Shown piece by piece: positions 60,661-64,000 of a stretch of DNA of 64,000 nucleotides (position 1 is its first letter; the number at the start of each line of letters is the position of its first letter). Source of the stretch: Camelus dromedarius (taxonomy: Eukaryota); NCBI RefSeq assembly GCF_036321535.1, contig NC_087436.1:118980001-119044000 (forward strand), read 5' to 3'. The notes under the pieces were generated by a model. The model did no database searches and had not been told where the DNA came from. It worked only from the letters and a program-made list of their open reading frames with translations. Position numbers and translations under genes: made by a program.

Positions 60661-62544
60661 TCTCCAGGGAGCTGAGACCGCAGCAGAGAGGCCACTGTGC
60701 CCAGGGGCTGAGGAAAACCGCTGAACGTGCAGCTGTGACTGCCCAGGTCAGCGGCTCTGCTGGAGGAGGCTTGGCAGGGAACTTCCATACCTCCCAGCAA
60801 AGGACCCAAGAGAGAAACGGCCAGCTGTATCCACCTGCCAGGCCCACCCAGAACAGGGTTGCCCCAAGCAGCCTCGCAGCCAATCAGAGTGGGGAGGGGG
60901 CAGGCAGAAGCCGCAGGACCCCGGGTCCTTCCCCCGCACCAGCCTCCAGCACGAGCAGGCCCTGGTGTAGGGGCACAGGAGGGGAAATGCCACGTCTCGC
61001 TCGAGTCTGGACTGTTACCTGGGACTGGACATTCATGGTGGATGTGTGACAAAAGGCCACTTCGCTCTCCGAGGGTGATAAGAAAGGTGTGGCCCTGCCT
61101 GAATCCTCCCCCAGGGCAGGAAGACCATCTCCCTGAGGTCTGATGAAGACAAGGGTGGAGACGAGACCACAAAGGCGCTGAGCTCATGGTCCACACCTGA
61201 CATGCACCTCTGCTCTCACCTGGGGCGAGCACCTGGCTCGCTGTGGCTGCCGGCACCAGCTGGGGGAAATGGTCACATTGCTGCTGCAGAACACCTACAT
61301 TTTGTCCCTCTCACCCACCGACTCCCAAGCAGGTCTGGTGAGAAGTTCATCCTGCAGCGTGAACTTGGTGGAGAGTGAGGGCAGCTCCTGGGCTGGGGTC
61401 AGAGGCTGGGCTGGGAGAGCTGGGATGCTGTGGCCGGGCCACAGCAGGTCTCCCTGGACAGTGCCTGGGTCACTTGGCTGGAAGATGTGAAGGGGCTGCT
61501 GAGAGGTCTGGAAGGGTTTGTGTGGAGCGGGTCCCAGCCACCACCTCCCACCCAGGACTCCGGGCTCTGCCTGTGAGGGGCAGGAAGGGGGTGTCCATCC
61601 CCAGGTGCCCCCCAGGTGGAAGACGGGGTTGGTCATGATGTCTTCTGGAATCGCACAGGAGCTGTGGCCCCAGCCCACACCTGGGGTCAGGCCCCCAGCC
61701 CACCTCTTTCTGAGTGGCGACCCTGGGCAGGTCGGCTCCCATCTAAAGTCACACCTCTTCCTGTTCTGAGGACGCAAGGGGATGGGAACACAGATCCAGA
61801 GCCCTGAGGGCTAGGTGCTGTGCTGGAAACTCGCCCATGGTGCCTCATTCCACCCTGTCCGTGTCCCACAAAGGCCATCCGGGTGAGCCCTGGACCCAGC
61901 AGCACCTCCATTAAGCCAGCTTCGTGAGAGGGAAACACAGCCCAGCAGGAGACCCCAGGGATGGTAAATCACGTAAACCTTTAGAAAGTATTGATTAATT
62001 TTAAAGGCTGAAAAATAATTTAATTATCCCAAGAGCTCCAGGTAAAATGGAATGTTGGAACCTTGAATTGTGGTCCCCAAATGTGCCTGTTTACTGGTGG
62101 TCAGAGCTGAGGATGCTGGGAGTGTCTGGCTCAAAAAATGACCTTTGGGGAGAGGGACAGGAAAGGGCAGCCTAGGTGGGGAGGAGCCGGTGGGCCTGCG
62201 GCTGGTGGAGGTTATGTCCTTACAGCGTCGTTATTCTCTGGTACTGGCACTGTCTGGAAAGGGGGGTGACCTGTGTTCGAATCCCAGTCTTACTGGCAAG
62301 ACACTCCACCTCTCTGAGTCGATATGATCGTCTGTGAAATAGAGATGGCCACACACACCCTCCAAGGCTGCTGGAGGGTTTATCTGCATATCACTGAGCA
62401 CATGGCAGGTGCCCAGGCAATCTGCTCACTGCTGACTTATTCATTCAAAAGAATAATAATGGGGAGTTGTGGTTTAAGTTACCATTTAAAGGGAAAATGT
62501 TGGCTAGAGTTGGATGTTTTTGATGTGGACTGTTGGATAAATGA

Positions 62545-62725
62545 CTCAAAAAATAAGGTACAGAGTTTCTGTTTGGGATGATGAAAAGGTTCTGGAAATG
62601 GAAACTGGTGATGACTGCACAGCACTGGGAATGGTTATTCCACTGGATTGTACACTTGAATATAAAGTTGGAAATTTTATTTTATGTATATTTTACTGCA
62701 ATCAGAAGTTTAACTTAAAAAAATT
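62545..62725 (+). mobile_element. Old L1 3' end fragment (L1MB/MC-like)
   Basis: ggtacagagtttctgtttgggatgatgaaaaggttctggaaatgg..ttatgtatattttac. Confidence 0.75.
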
Positions 62726-63554
62726 GAGGACCTACTGTATCACACCCTGCTGCATACACTGGGAACTCAGCAGTGCATACTTTCCACAAGTAGCTTACTC
62801 TCTATGGAGAAGACAGACAATCAGCAAATTTTCATATATATATGAAAAATGTATATGTATTATTTTTCTGGGGAGGAGATAAGAGCTAAGATAAAAATTG
62901 AAGTATGATAAAGGATGGGAGAGCTGGAGGTGCTGTTTTAGTTAGGGCAGTCAGGGAAGACTTCCTGGAGGAGGGGCATTTGATCAGAGATCTAAAGAGA
63001 AGGGAGGGAGCCACACAGATATCTGGGGGCACAGCATGTGCAAAGGCCCTGTGGTAGGAGAGAGTTTAATCTGTTGTTGGTCAGCAAGGAGGGCAGTGGG
63101 TGTATGCAGGTGACAGAGGCAGGACATGAGCTCAGTGGGTGGGTTGGCCAGGTCCCTGGGCCTTGCAAAGAAGAACTTGGGCTTTTATTTAAGTGAAAGA
63201 AGGACCCACGTAGCATTCTGAGCTGGGGAGCCATGATCTGATGTGCGTTTAACACTCCTATCCTTATGTGCGTCTCTCACTAATGGTGTCTCCTGGCAAC
63301 ACTGGTAAGCTTTGCTAGGGGCAGGCATAGTCCCTCCTGTGGCCTGTCCAGGACCTCGCACGCGAGCGGCTGTTGGGAAAGGTTCGTTAAGTAAACACCG
63401 GAGAAGCAGATGCTCGCCAGGCAGGTGTGGGGGTTGGGGGCAGAGCGCCGTCTCACCCCTGCCGCTCACTTACTTGATGCGGTTTCCCTCTCTGGGCCTC
63501 ACTCTGCTTCCTCGTCTGTTAGGAGAGGCATTGACATCACAATGATTTTGTTGT

Positions 63555-63930
63555 TTTTATTTTAGAATTTAAAAAATTGAGATGGAATTCAGATACCATA
63601 AAATTCACCATTTCAGGGCGTTTTAGTATATTCACTGTGTTATGCACCCATCACCCTGACCTATTTCAGAACTTCCCCAGCACCCCATACAGAAACCCCA
63701 CACCTGCTAGCAGGCATTCCCCATCCCTCCACCCACCAGCCTCTGGCAACTACTCATCTATTTTCTGTCTCTAAGGATTTGCCAGTTCTGGACATTTCAC
63801 ATAAATGGAATCGTACAGTGTGTGGCCTTTCGCGTCTGGCTTCTTTCACTCAGCATCATGTTTTCAAGGTCCATCCATGTCACCTGAATCGGAACTTCCA
63901 TCCTTTTCCCGGCTGAATCATATTCCACAG
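63555..63930 (-). mobile_element. Old L1 3' end fragment (L1MB-like)
   Basis: attgagat..aaattcacc..ttctggacatttcacataaatggaatc..tctggcttctttcactcagcat hallmarks. Confidence 0.8.
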
Positions 63931-64000
63931 TGATCATGATGGTTTTAAAGACAGGTCTCATGCTCTTCAAGTAGAAACCCAGGCCCCAGAAGAGGGCTTG

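Noticed and set aside
60324..61256. 310-aa minus-strand ORF in intron 1
   Set aside because: Non-ATG start, overlaps an MLT1 LTR relic and has no recognisable domain; long ORFs are expected at this GC content.
53915..64000. Canonical PPP2R2C exon 1 (MGEDTDTRKINHSFLRDHSYVTE) and main promoter
   Set aside because: No matching sequence or promoter CpG island seen; presumed to lie beyond the right edge of the window.

Overview
GC-rich mammalian genomic DNA, probably camelid (inferred from a Vic-1-like tRNA SINE at ~30.1-30.3 kb). The window lies inside PPP2R2C (PP2A regulatory subunit B55-gamma) on the minus strand. Coding exons 2-9 were mapped by hand: 53914-53817, 51740-51575, 48836-48724, 43500-43323, 25372-25208, 13848-13679, 9802-9711 and 1736-1445. 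They total 1274 nt with consistent phases; a 70-nt exon 1 beyond the right edge would give the canonical 447 aa. The 3' UTR probably runs off the left edge. Introns carry L1, L2, MIR, MaLR/ERV LTR and MER58 relics. Most ORFs in the supplied track are GC-rich noise. I see no evidence of a wholly new gene system. The most interesting signals are: (1) a 17.95-kb U12 (minor-spliceosome) intron containing a near-perfect REST/RE1 site and a strong competing U2 donor; (2) a cluster of consensus CTCF motifs at the gene's 3' end; (3) a His at a Tyr position I recall as conserved from yeast to human (Y295H); (4) two L1 insertions stacked at one target site; (5) a MER41-like LTR with decayed tandem STAT1 sites; (6) a candidate small alternative exon upstream of exon 2. 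Repeat family names and orthologue sequences come from memory of consensus sequences, not from database searches.
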